Positions 10,909 through 20,184 of a stretch of DNA of 64,000 nucleotides are shown here, piece by piece; position 1 is the first letter of the stretch, and each line of letters begins with the position of its first letter. The translations under genes and the position numbers were made by a program. The DNA comes from Thermoprotei archaeon (GTDB taxonomy: Archaea; Thermoproteota; Thermoprotei_A; Sulfolobales; Sulfolobaceae). The notes below the pieces were generated by a model. That model had not been told where the DNA came from, searched no databases, and saw only the letters and a list, made by a program, of their open reading frames with translations. The DNA is taken from the NCBI GenBank assembly GCA_049973945.1, contig JBMFJH010000005.1, positions 11,441-75,440 on the forward strand. The letters run 5' to 3'.

Positions 10909-11242
10909 GGTTTTAGCGTAGCGTAAAAAGATTTAAGTCTAAACCATATGTTTGACGGGCGACCCCCGACAGCCCCGCCGACCTGCCGGGCCCTCGGCCC
11001 AGGCCCCGCGGGCCTCGACGACGCTTTTCGTTCGAGGGCAAAAGCGGACAGGGCCGTCAAAGCGACCCTCACTCTGCACCGGGTGGAGTCAAAAAGTTGC
11101 CCTGCTTGGGGATGTTTGAGGGCGTCGCGGCTCAACCATATGTCCCCCGCCGGGGTCGCTTGACTCTGGCGCCATTAAGCGGTCGGCGCAGAGGTCGTGC
11201 CAGGAGCGGAGCCCCTAGCGAGAGGGTCGAAACGGGGTCGGC

Positions 11243-12802
11243 TCAGCCCGACCTCCTTCGGCTCAGATCCTCCAACACCGCCATCGCGGCGTTGTGCCCG
11301 GGGGCCCCCGTCACTCCCCCTCCCGGGTGTGCCGAGGAGGAGCAGAGGTAGAGGCCCTTGACCGGAGTCCTGTAGTTCGAGACCTCGGGCAGAGGCCTCA
11401 TGTCCAGTAAGGCGTCGATCGTCATGTCCACGTGGAATATGTTACCGCCGCTCATGCCGAACTTCGCCTCTATGCCCTTAGGCGTTAAGACTTCGACGGC
11501 CGTGAAGTCGAAGTACTCCCGGAGCACGGACTTGACCGCCTCCAGCACCTTCTCTGGGTCTGAGTTATAGCTCGCGTACTGGCCGAAGACGTTCACCACG
11601 TGTACCCCCTGGGGCGCGAGGGTGGGGTCGACGGTAGTAGGGATGTTGAGCGAGAGCCAGGGCTCCTTCGAGTAGCCGAAGGTGAGGAAGTCTCCGTAGG
11701 CCTTGACGAGGTAGTCTAACGAAGGAATGACCAGCTGGGATGACACGTGCTGGGGGACAAACCACTGCCCCTGGCCGTAGTCGGGGAGCCTGTCGGAGTA
11801 CCCGTTGATTTTGAAGCTGACCCCTGCAGTCTTTAAGGCCTTAACCCTCCTCAGGAAGTCCTCCTCCAGGCCGTCCTTGACCAGCTTCAGGAACGTGGTC
11901 TTGACGTCGGCGTTGGAGAGGACTACCCTCGACTCGACGAACTTCCCGTTCCTTAACTTGACCCCCTTGACCTCCCCTCCCTTGACGACTATCTCCTCGA
12001 CCTCCGAGTTCGTGTAGACCTCGGCGCCGAAGCCCTCCGCGGCCTTTCTGATCGCCTCGCTCACGGCCCCCATCCCGCCTAAAACGTACCCCCACGCCCC
12101 CTTGACCCTGTTCACTTCCCCCACGTTGTGGTGGAGGAAGACGTAGGCCGTGCCTGGGGCGGTTATGGGCTGGGCCGTGCCGACGACCGCGTCCTCGGCC
12201 AGGGCGGCCCTGACTTCCTCGCTCTCGAACCACTCGTTGAGCAGAGTGTAGCCGTCCATCACGAGGAACCTCTCTATCTCGGCGACCTTCTCCCTGGGGA
12301 GCCCCAGCCCCTTAAGGGTCGAGAGGACCTCCTCGACGCTGGGCGGGGGAGAGAGCATGATGGAGTCTGCTATGAGGGAGAAGGTGTCGAGGAACTCCAC
12401 GAACTTGAGGTAGCTCTCGGCGTCCCTCTTCGAGAACCTCTCGAACTCCTTGGCCGTCTTCTTCGCGTCAAGCCAGACGGTGACCCCTCTTCCCTTCCCT
12501 AAGGGGAGGTACATGGCGGGGTCCTTCGTCACGACCTTAAGCCCGAAATCCCTGAGCCTCAAGTCCTCGATTATCTTGGGCCTCAGGAGGCTCAGAACGT
12601 AGGAGCCGGTCGATGCCCTTATCCCCTTGGCTATCTCCTCGGTTACAGCGGCACCTCCCACGAATGGCCTCCTCTCGAAGACCGCGACCCTCAGCCCCGC
12701 CTTCGCCAAGTAGGCAGCTGCGACCAGGCCGTTGTGGCCTCCCCCGACTACTACGGCGTCGTACATGCGGGAAGAACTCCCTCTAGGATAATAAATGGGC
12801 AC
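11243..12802 (-). CDS. FAD-dependent oxidoreductase, CrtI / phytoene-desaturase-like family
   Basis: N-terminal dinucleotide-binding motif VVVGGGHNGLVAAAYLAKAG; 519 aa. Confidence 0.85.
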   Translation of the reverse strand: MPIYYPRGSSSRMYDAVVVGGGHNGLVAAAYLAKAGLRVAVFERRPFVGGAAVTEEIAKGIRASTGSYVLSLLRPKIIEDLRLRDFGLKVVTKDPAMYLPLGKGRGVTVWLDAKKTAKEFERFSKRDAESYLKFVEFLDTFSLIADSIMLSPPPSVEEVLSTLKGLGLPREKVAEIERFLVMDGYTLLNEWFESEEVRAALAEDAVVGTAQPITAPGTAYVFLHHNVGEVNRVKGAWGYVLGGMGAVSEAIRKAAEGFGAEVYTNSEVEEIVVKGGEVKGVKLRNGKFVESRVVLSNADVKTTFLKLVKDGLEEDFLRRVKALKTAGVSFKINGYSDRLPDYGQGQWFVPQHVSSQLVIPSLDYLVKAYGDFLTFGYSKEPWLSLNIPTTVDPTLAPQGVHVVNVFGQYASYNSDPEKVLEAVKSVLREYFDFTAVEVLTPKGIEAKFGMSGGNIFHVDMTIDALLDMRPLPEVSNYRTPVKGLYLCSSSAHPGGGVTGAPGHNAAMAVLEDLSRRRSG

Positions 12803-12974
12803 CTATGAAATGGCGGGTAGAACGCTTCCCCCTCAGCGGGGCACCTCAGGCTCGCGACGCCCGCACTACGCTCTTCGTCCATGATGGTGAGAGGAGCTCC
12901 GTACAGCCGTTCCAAAGCGCCCCCGAATCGCCCGCAGTACAGTTAAATTTGGCGATCCGCTGTGTTATTCAGCC

Positions 12975-13199
12975 GTGGCGAAAGTAGTGAGGAGGAAAGT
13001 CGACGGCCGCGGGAGGATAACCATACCGAAGGAGTGGAGGGACAAATTCAAGGCCAGCGAGTTCGTGCTCGTCTTGAGGGACGACAGGATCGAGCTCTAC
13101 CCCCGCGCATCTGACCTAACGAAGCTGGTCGATAGCGTCGAAGTCGACGAGCTCCCAAGCGACTGGCACGAGCTCAAGAGGGAGGTTTTCAAGCCTTAG
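12975..13199 (+). CDS. AbrB/SpoVT-family antitoxin-like protein (VapB-like), no cognate toxin downstream
   Basis: GRITIPKEWRDKF swapped-hairpin motif; 74 aa; convergent with 13314-14732. Confidence 0.8.
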   Translation: MAKVVRRKVDGRGRITIPKEWRDKFKASEFVLVLRDDRIELYPRASDLTKLVDSVEVDELPSDWHELKREVFKP

Positions 13200-13313
13200 C
13201 AGCTTTATCAACGCCGTGCTCGAGTTCGGGGATTCCGTCGAAGAAAAGGCTCCGAAATGTTATCGACTATCGGTAAAGTTTTGCGGATAACCGCGCTAAC
13301 GGACGAAATAATG

Positions 13314-14732
13314 TTAACTGCCGAGGGCTTTGTTCAGCCCCAGGACAGCCTCCACGTCCACGCTCACGTCCTTGCCCCACCTTATCTCGACCTTCTTCAA
13401 CTCGTCCGCGAACTTGCCCCACCCCCTCTGCCTCGCCTCGGCCTTTATCCTGCTCAGGAATAGCCCCAACTCCATTGCTATGAAGGCGGCGACCCTCTCC
13501 TCCCTCCTCTCCTCGTATTTGGCTCCTTTCTTCTCCTCACTTCTACCCTCGTCAGCGCCCTCCACCAAGCCCAAGGTCACGTACTTCGAGAAGGTCAGCT
13601 TCCTCCACCTGTTCAGGGCGTGCTTGTCCCCGGTGACCACTAACGCCCCCTCGATCAGGTCTGGGTCTATCTTCGGGATGGCGATGTCGCAGTACGCGAA
13701 CTCCGAGGGCAGGACCCTCGCCCTCTCGAGGAGGCTCTCGTAGACGTAGAACGCCATTTCCCCCACGGGGTTCTTCTGGGTGTTCACGTTGTTCAGGATC
13801 TCGTTGTGGACGCAGTACGGGATGACCAAGTCCCTGACCTCGTGTGAGTGGATCCCGTTGTAGACCAGGTTGGTGTCGACCACCACGCTGTGCTCGAACG
13901 CCACGTCCCTGATCGACCTGGCCTGCCCGTACGTGCCGTCCCTGTTCAGCGCTCTCACCTTGATGTCGTACGCCCCCGCCAGGCGGAGCAGCCTCTCGGC
14001 CATGTCGTGGGAGTTTCGCGGGTCTATCGCGGACAAATAGACGTCCAGCTTGCCCAGGACGAACTTGTAGTCGGGGTTAGCGCTGCTCACCACCCTCTCG
14101 TCGTTGACGTACAACTCGATGGGGTCGCCCTCGTTGCTAGTCTTCCTCCTGTTCAGCTCGAAGGAGAGCCTCTTCATGTCCCTGTAGAACGCCGGCTCGT
14201 CGTCGCCGAGGTAGGCCGCAAGGCTCAGGTCGAGCTTGGTCTGGGGCTCCGGGACTCTCCCCAAGGGGACCAGCTGGCTGAACTTCCTCGGGACGAAGGG
14301 GTAGTAGTACCCCACCCAGGGCCCGAAGGCGAAGACCACGTTGACGAGGGGGAACCTATCGGGATCCGAGTCGTGCAGCTTAGTCAGGGCGACCGCCGTT
14401 ATGTTAGCGGCCGGGGTGACGGCGAGGAAAACCCTCTCGCACTTCTCCCCCTCGACCTTCTGCCTGAGCCACGAGAGGAACTTCTCGAAGCTCAGGGCCT
14501 GCGGGATCATCTCGGCGTTGACCGCGACTCCCCTCTCCCTCATCTCCCTGAAAAGGCCCTCCATCCTCTCCACAGCGGGCCTGTTGAAGTCGCCGTAGAG
14601 GACGATGAACCGGCCCGGCCTGAAGGCCTCGTACACCCTGACTATCGTGGAGAACGCGCTGTCGAAGACGAAGTCAGACCTGTTGACCGGGACGACGGCG
14701 CAGTCCACGGTGGTTCCGGTTAACGCCTCCAC
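13314..14732 (-). CDS. PIN-domain nuclease with large CARF-like N-terminal domain
   Basis: PIN acidic quartet in canonical order and context: D286 (VVVDTN), E311 (VHNEI), D349 (YCDIAI), D369 (VVTGDKH). The N-terminal 130 aa has a Rossmann-like pattern with a VFLAVTPAANITAVAL loop resembling the CARF T-G-G-x-K strand-loop. Confidence 0.7.
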   Translation of the reverse strand: MEALTGTTVDCAVVPVNRSDFVFDSAFSTIVRVYEAFRPGRFIVLYGDFNRPAVERMEGLFREMRERGVAVNAEMIPQALSFEKFLSWLRQKVEGEKCERVFLAVTPAANITAVALTKLHDSDPDRFPLVNVVFAFGPWVGYYYPFVPRKFSQLVPLGRVPEPQTKLDLSLAAYLGDDEPAFYRDMKRLSFELNRRKTSNEGDPIELYVNDERVVSSANPDYKFVLGKLDVYLSAIDPRNSHDMAERLLRLAGAYDIKVRALNRDGTYGQARSIRDVAFEHSVVVDTNLVYNGIHSHEVRDLVIPYCVHNEILNNVNTQKNPVGEMAFYVYESLLERARVLPSEFAYCDIAIPKIDPDLIEGALVVTGDKHALNRWRKLTFSKYVTLGLVEGADEGRSEEKKGAKYEERREERVAAFIAMELGLFLSRIKAEARQRGWGKFADELKKVEIRWGKDVSVDVEAVLGLNKALGS

Positions 14733-14775
14733 TTATTAGCGCTTGCAGGGGGGCCGCAGTAATACGCCCTCCTCC

Positions 14776-14807
14776 GCCCCCGGTCGTCTAGCCTGGGCCA
14801 AGACAGC
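14776..14807 (+). other. tRNA 5'-half-like fragment (acceptor strand + D-arm)
   Basis: GCCCCCG GT CGTC TAGCCTGGGCCAA GACA: archaeal-type D-loop TAGCCTGG. No anticodon arm, T-arm or matching 3' acceptor strand found nearby. Confidence 0.25.
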
Positions 14808-15017
14808 GCGAGCGAGGGCGGGCCGGGGCCGCTCGGAGGCCGTGAGTCAGCTTCGGGGAGCTCCGCGGGGGGACGCCGCGCCCCTCGGTGATGGGCACCG
14901 TTGCCGGGCCTACGAGCGCCCGCGGCGTCCAAGGCCCTAACCCGTTTCGTCAGGCCCAGCGGGCGACCAACCCGCAGAGCCCGCCGAGAGTGTCGCGACC
15001 CCCAGGGAAGAAAAAGT

Positions 15018-15572
15018 CTAATTTTCTTCGCCGTCCTCGCCCGCCGACCCGTCCTGCTCCTTCGCGATGGCCCGAGGGCTTACTCGAGCGAACTTGGAGT
15101 TGCACAGCATCGTGAACTCCTCCTTGTCCGCGTACATCAGGTCGTAGATGAAGCCCACGAACTCGTTCTGCATCAGGACGGGCACGTAAGAGTCGCCGAG
15201 CTCCACCCCGTTGACGAACCTCACCCTCTTCTGGTCGACCACGGTGAAGACGCCCTCGTTCTTGAGGAACTCGTTGAGCTTCGCCTTGTCCAGGGCTATC
15301 ATAAGCCTGTCGTGGACGACGTAGAGCTTCGCCCCGTACTTCTCCCTCATCAGGACGAAGATCAGGAGGGCAATTTCCTTCCTCCTCGCGACGATCACCG
15401 CCTTCGTCCCGTCCGAAACGGCCAAGCAGGCCTCCTCGTCGCGTGCGCTCTCGGCGAAGAGCTCGGTCACCCTCGTCAAGAGGGTATCCTCCGCGAGCTT
15501 AGACGTTATCCTCGCCGCCCGCTCCCTCCTCTCGTACTCGTCGTAGTGCCTGAAGACTCTGAAGAAGTCCAC
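15018..15572 (-). CDS. hypothetical protein, family with a second (disrupted) copy at 22866-23336
   Basis: 184-aa ORF; about 90 C-terminal residues clearly homologous to the ORF at 23016-23336. Confidence 0.6.
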   Translation of the reverse strand: MDFFRVFRHYDEYERRERAARITSKLAEDTLLTRVTELFAESARDEEACLAVSDGTKAVIVARRKEIALLIFVLMREKYGAKLYVVHDRLMIALDKAKLNEFLKNEGVFTVVDQKRVRFVNGVELGDSYVPVLMQNEFVGFIYDLMYADKEEFTMLCNSKFARVSPRAIAKEQDGSAGEDGEEN

Positions 15573-15723
15573 GGCCAGAATTAAGGGAGTTGAGATATTT
15601 TAAGTGTACTCACCGTCCAAAGCCCCTATCAACGTTAGTCTATTTCTACTCCAACTACCGCGTCAGGCGAACGTGTAAGGGCCCAAACGAGGGAGGGGCA
15701 AGCCGTGGGGAAAAGCCTCGAAC

Positions 15724-16300
15724 TCACGCGCTCTCCGCTACGCCCTGAGCTGGCTTGACAGGGCCGGAGTGGGTCACCGTGAGGCCCTTGAAGTCCAGTT
15801 CTATCTTACCAGAAAGGTAGGTTCGCCGGGGGTCGGCTACGTCTATCTCGCCGGCCTGAGGAGACATCGCGTAGACCGACCACTCGGAGTTGCCAACGCT
15901 GTCGACCAGGGAAGAGGTCAGCGTGAGCGGGATTCGAATCGCCACAGTCGCGTTGTTGACCAGCACCACCCTCGCGAAATAGGCGCAGCCCCCCTTGCCG
16001 TTGGTGGCGACGTACACCTCGACCTCCCTGGCGTAGCCCAGGTAGAATATAGTGCCAACAACGAAGCCGCCTTCAGCGGAGGACGAATTTCATGAACTGT
16101 CCTGGGTTCACCGTCACTGCGGTGCCGTCGAGGTTTTTCACCGTGCCCCCGCTGAAGGTAGCTACGAAGCTCTCATAGGTTAGCAACGTCCACTGCCCTC
16201 CGAAGGCTAAGGAGGGGGCATTAATGAACGCGTTTCCCCCGCTGAAGTTCAGAAAGTGGAGCAGGGCTATCAAGCCGCCGACCTCGCCGACTGCCATCAC
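15724..16300 (-). pseudogene. hypothetical (secreted/membrane-anchored?) protein, frameshifted
   Basis: ORFs 16073-16300 and 15724-16017 join when the frame is shifted near 16070-16080 (..KFVLR / AEGGFVVGTIFYLGYAREVEVYVATNGKGG..). Confidence 0.45.
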
Positions 16301-16728
16301 CCCGGCGACGATTAATACGGTCTTAAGCGACGGCTTTACTGCCTCGCCCAGGAACGCATACCGCTACCCCGCTAACTGCCTTTCCCAGTCCTATCTGTCC
16401 TCACCTGCCCGCCGGCCCACAGAGCATGTGGGTTAATAAGCAAGGTTAGAAGGGGGCGTAAAACCCTGACCTTCATTATCCCCTGAGCGGGACGCCGGAG
16501 GTGAGACAGCTTAAAGGCCTTTGGCCCCTCTACAGTTGGGGCTGGACTCCAAACCTCCGCCCTCTCCTAAAGGGAGAAAGACCGGTTCTGCCCTCATTGG
16601 TTTGACGAACGGGGTAAATTTTCCGTTCAGTTGGAAACAAACCGGTAAAGGGGACTCGGGGGCTGGAGAGGAGGTTCGCCCCTCACAAAGGCCAGTCCGA
16701 GATTGGCGCTCAAGGGAGAAAGGCGGAG

Positions 16729-17361
16729 TTGCGATCGCTTGAGCCCAGCGTTCACCAAGCTACAGCCTTTTTACCCCGCCCCTCAACTCGGCGTGTGGAG
16801 CTAGCGAAGGCGGTCTCCTACGCCCTCCACCCCCTGACGGTGACGTTCTTCGGCTTCCTTGCGTTCGTCCTAGCCACGGGCCTCCCCTACCTTTCCGCAG
16901 TAGTAGCGGGGGCCTCCTTCTCGCTGGTCCCCTTCCTGATAACCCTGTATTTCAGGAGGAGGGGTTTGGCGAAGAGCGTGCTCCTCGAGGGAAGGGAGGA
17001 GAGGGTGAGGCCGATGGCCCTTTCGCTCCCGAGCTACGCGGTTGGGACTGCCCTGAGCTGGGCGCTGGGTTTCTCCGCCCTGGTGCCGGTGGAGCTGGGT
17101 TACATAGCGTCTACGGCCGTCATACTGCTGGTCACCCTGAAGTACAAGGTCAGCGTCCACGTGTCGGTCACAACTGGCTTCGCCTCTGTGCTGACCCTCT
17201 TCGCGTCCCACGCGTTCGTAGTAACTTTCCTCTTCGTGCCCTTAGTCGCTTGGGCTAGGCTTAAGCTGAAGGCCCACACTTTAGGACAGGTCGTCGCCGG
17301 CCTCCTGCTGGGCGGGGTAGTCTCTCCCGTCTTGGTCTCAGTTTTCAAGACTTTGGTCTGA
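16729..17361 (+). CDS. integral membrane protein, possibly PAP2-like phosphatase
   Basis: About six TM segments. Loose PAP2-order motifs (..RVRP.., KVSVH, ARLKLKAHTLGQ). More plausible start is GTG 16795. Confidence 0.4.
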   Translation: MRSLEPSVHQATAFLPRPSTRRVELAKAVSYALHPLTVTFFGFLAFVLATGLPYLSAVVAGASFSLVPFLITLYFRRRGLAKSVLLEGREERVRPMALSLPSYAVGTALSWALGFSALVPVELGYIASTAVILLVTLKYKVSVHVSVTTGFASVLTLFASHAFVVTFLFVPLVAWARLKLKAHTLGQVVAGLLLGGVVSPVLVSVFKTLV

Positions 17362-17523
17362 TAGGCGAGCCGGGTACGAGTGGCGCGCAGTCCTTGAAGT
17401 CGCCACGTGGGGTTGGTCCCGGAAAGCGACGCGCTGATTAGGCCCACGGAAGCGTTGCGGGCCAGGGTGACGCGCTTTGGCTTCGGATCTCACGAGGGGG
17501 TTATTCCGACGCCGTGAGAGCCG

Positions 17524-17739
17524 GTGCACCCCGATGACTTCGTGATAAAGGAGAGGGTCAGGGAGTTCAAGGGGGTCGTCTACAACGCCAAGGGCGTCAA
17601 CGCGCTGATCCGCGCCTCGTCCAGGCTCGAGCTCAGGGGCAGGGTGGTGAGGGCCAAGCTGAGGCGGGAGGTGAACGCCGAGGAGGTCATCAGGCTGGGG
17701 GTCAGGATACTCGAGCCCTTCAGGCTCCCCGCGGTGTAG
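17524..17739 (+). pseudogene. 5'-truncated paralog of the small cas10-adjacent gene 49309-49710
   Basis: 71 aa align along their whole length (roughly two-thirds identical by eye) with aa 62-133 of the 133-aa protein. A TGA lies immediately upstream in frame. Confidence 0.6.
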
Positions 17740-17770
17740 TGATGTCACTACTAGCGCCCCCTTAGGACGG

Positions 17771-18682
17771 CTAGTCGGCCTTATACTTCTTCCATATCGC
17801 GACCACCCTCTCCGCCTCCTCCACGGTCTGGGCCACCCTAGCCACCTTCACCGCGTCGCGCACGTCCTTGAACCCCGACGAGACCAACAGCCTCGCGACC
17901 CTCTCGGCGTAGTCCCTGGGCCTCCCCTCCCTCTTCTCGATCACCGCCGCCATCACCCCGACCAAGGTCTCGTCGTCGTACTCCGGGATCCTCAGCACCA
18001 TGAACCTGGAGAGGAGCTCCCTCCTCAGCCTCCTGACGTCGTTGGCCGCGGCGTAGACGTTGACTTCCAGCCGCTCCTGGACGTGCACGCCGTGCTTGTC
18101 GACCTTGAGCAGGCCGTTCTCCATTAGGCCGAGCAGTACGGACTGATCCTCCCTGCCCAGCTTGTCTATCTCGTCTATCAGCAGGTACCTTGGCCTGAGG
18201 CCCAGCACCACCTCTGCTATCCCGGCCTTGGAGCTCTCGCCACCCATTACGTAGACCGAGCCCGGGAGCCTGGCCACCTCCATCAGGAACAGCGTCTTGG
18301 CAGTCGCCGGGGGGCCCACGAGCAGGATGTGGTGGAGCTTGCTCCTCAGGGACATGCGGAATAGCTCCTTCACGTCGTCGAACCCCACAATGACGTCGAA
18401 GAGCTGGTCGGGGGTCACGTCCTCCCTGGGCCCCCGGTTCGCCTCCCCAGCTACCCCCACGAGGGCCCTCGCGGCGTTCAAGTCCTTGAGCCTGTAGAGC
18501 GTCCTCTTGTTGGAGCGGTAAGTGACCTCGACTATCCCCTTGCTAACGAGCTTCAGGAGGACGTGCGGCGGGACGTTGACCTCCCACCACTCCCACGACC
18601 CCTCGGGGTTCCTCTCCTGGACAGGAAGGATCCTGAGGATCGCCTCCCTCTCCTTGTCGCTCAGCTCCGCTATCTTCACCAC
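17771..18682 (-). CDS. AAA+ ATPase with N-terminal wHTH-like region
   Basis: Walker A LLVGPPATAKT, Walker B YLLIDEIDKL, sensor-1 VYAAAN, SRF arginine; 303 aa. Confidence 0.8.
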   Translation of the reverse strand: MVKIAELSDKEREAILRILPVQERNPEGSWEWWEVNVPPHVLLKLVSKGIVEVTYRSNKRTLYRLKDLNAARALVGVAGEANRGPREDVTPDQLFDVIVGFDDVKELFRMSLRSKLHHILLVGPPATAKTLFLMEVARLPGSVYVMGGESSKAGIAEVVLGLRPRYLLIDEIDKLGREDQSVLLGLMENGLLKVDKHGVHVQERLEVNVYAAANDVRRLRRELLSRFMVLRIPEYDDETLVGVMAAVIEKREGRPRDYAERVARLLVSSGFKDVRDAVKVARVAQTVEEAERVVAIWKKYKAD

Positions 18683-18852
18683 CCCGGGGCGCCGCTGTGT
18701 GACGAACGATCCCCCGTCTTGAAAGCGCTGTGCGAACTACAGGCCCACCCCGGTCGTCCTCTCCAGGGGGCGACCAGTTGATCGCCGACGGAGGCTCAGG
18801 GCGTGAGTGCGCGAAGCCCTGCGAGCGCCCCGTAAGGGCCGGGGACGGGTCA

Positions 18853-18876
18853 ATTTCAATTCCGTGGAGGATAGTT
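18853..18876 (+). repeat. solitary degenerate CRISPR-repeat-like sequence
   Basis: ATTTCAATTCCGTGGAGGATAGTT matches the array repeat CTTTCAATTCCATAGAGGATTATC at 18 of 24 positions, including 10 consecutive; no neighbouring repeats. Confidence 0.4.
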
Positions 18877-19271
18877 AGCGGAGCCAGTGAGCTGCGTCCT
18901 CGAGGACGGACGTCGTTTCGACCCTATTCGACGCGTGAGTCGACAGAGCTCTCGTTTCAGGTCGCTCTACGCGTGAAGCTTGAATTGGACTTCGTAATCG
19001 TCCTTGTAATGATAGCGTTAGGTCGCGGGCTACGCTGCGGGCGTCGCCACGTGTCGCGCTGCGCCCCGAGACGCCGCGTCCCGCTGACACGCAGAAGGAT
19101 GGGGGTAGAGAGTAAGCCCTGAACCGAGACGACAATTTGTTCTCACGCGTCACCGATTCCCTTGCGTACTTCAGGTGAGCATTGCGACTCGGTTGCGCCC
19201 TTACGATCTAGAGGGTCGACCCAGAAAGAAGGGGGCTGAAAGCGATCGTACTCTTCATGAGGGATGGAACG

Positions 19272-19627
19272 TTAAATTATTTCGGAGCTCCTCTTGGCCC
19301 CCTTCCTCACCAAGTCCTCGTCGTCGCTGGCCAGCGGGACGTTATACTTCCTGCTCAAGAACAGGTAGGTCGCGTCGTAGTAGGTTATCTTCTCTTCGAC
19401 CGCAAGCCTTATCACCTCCTCGTTAAGGCCAACGCTCTCCACGTTGATGAACTTGAGAACCTTGGAGAAGTCCTCCAGTAAGTCCTGCCTCTTGACCTTC
19501 CACAGGAAGTTCCCTATCTCGTAGAAAGCCAGATCCGTGGTCAAACACTCCTTGAATAGGTCTACTGATTCGCCTCTCAGCCGTAGGACCAGGTTAATAA
19601 TGGCTGAGTGTCTAACACGTACTTCAT
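19272..19627 (-). pseudogene. vapC: VapC-type PIN toxin, frameshifted
   Basis: ATG 19627 gives MKYVLDTQPLLTWSYG then TGA (19577-19579). The rest of the PIN domain (..ESVDLFKECLTTDLAFYEIGNFLWK..ITYYDATYLFLS..LASDDEDL) continues in another frame. ATGA overlap with the upstream antitoxin. Confidence 0.7.
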
Positions 19628-19842
19628 CTCTCCCTGTCCTCTCTGATTAACCTGGCTACCTCTTCTTTGGGGATTTTAAGCTCCTCGGCTATCCTCTCGG
19701 CAGACAGCCTGGCTTCCTCTTCTTTTCTGCGTACTTCCTCCTCCAGCGCCCTTCTCAACACCTCGGAGACGTTGATGTCGTACTTCTTGACCTTCTCTAA
19801 CGGCTCCCTCTGGACTTCAGTGGACACCGTGACCCAGTCCAT
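19624..19842 (-). CDS. vapB: ribbon-helix-helix (CopG-like) antitoxin
   Basis: VSTEVQREPLEKVKKYDINVSEVLRRALEEEV fits the strand-helix-helix pattern; 72 aa; 4-nt overlap with vapC. Confidence 0.6.
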   Translation of the reverse strand: MDWVTVSTEVQREPLEKVKKYDINVSEVLRRALEEEVRRKEEEARLSAERIAEELKIPKEEVARLIREDRER

Positions 19843-20184
19843 GAGTTTTACTACCCTGCATGGAGCTATTATTTTTGCTGTAAGAATCGCGTTGTCCTGT
19901 TCGTGTCCGATTCTGCGTTTGGATGAGCTTTCATATTCGGTTGAGCCCTAAGCAGGTGAGGGCATTTACTACATGGGTAGGTGCGCGGTAGGCTTAGCAA
20001 TAGATGAGATGAACCGGGTCGAAACTAAGCTCAATTACTAAAGTTACATTTTGATGGGACTGAGCAAGCCATAAGACTTTTAAGTTAAGTGGTGAGAATA
20101 CTTTCCAGGAGCATGAATTTTAAACAAAGGCGAGAAGAGGTAACCGCTCACTTATGACAATTCAGCTGTTTCAGTTGGCGATGC

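Noticed and set aside
12984-13000. GAGGAAAGTCG resembling the RNase P RNA CR-I motif
   Set aside because: It lies inside the well-supported AbrB-family ORF, and none of the other RNase P conserved regions is nearby.
13848-14723. 291-aa plus-strand ORF antisense to the CARF-like-PIN gene. The same applies to 14901-15584 (+), 22713-23315 (-), 50848-51771 (+), 58472-59203 (+), 59578-60285 (+), 2138-2644 (-) and 2699-3250 (-)
   Set aside because: These are shadow ORFs on the opposite strand or in an alternative frame of well-supported genes. Their composition is Arg/Pro/Gly/His-rich and low-complexity, as expected for GC3-rich antisense frames, and they carry no motifs.
14776-15010. A complete (possibly intron-containing) tRNA gene starting at 14776
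   Set aside because: I could not fold an anticodon arm or T-arm. No TTCRAAT loop and no 3' acceptor strand complementary to GCCCCCG were found on either strand. Only the 5'-half resemblance is reported.
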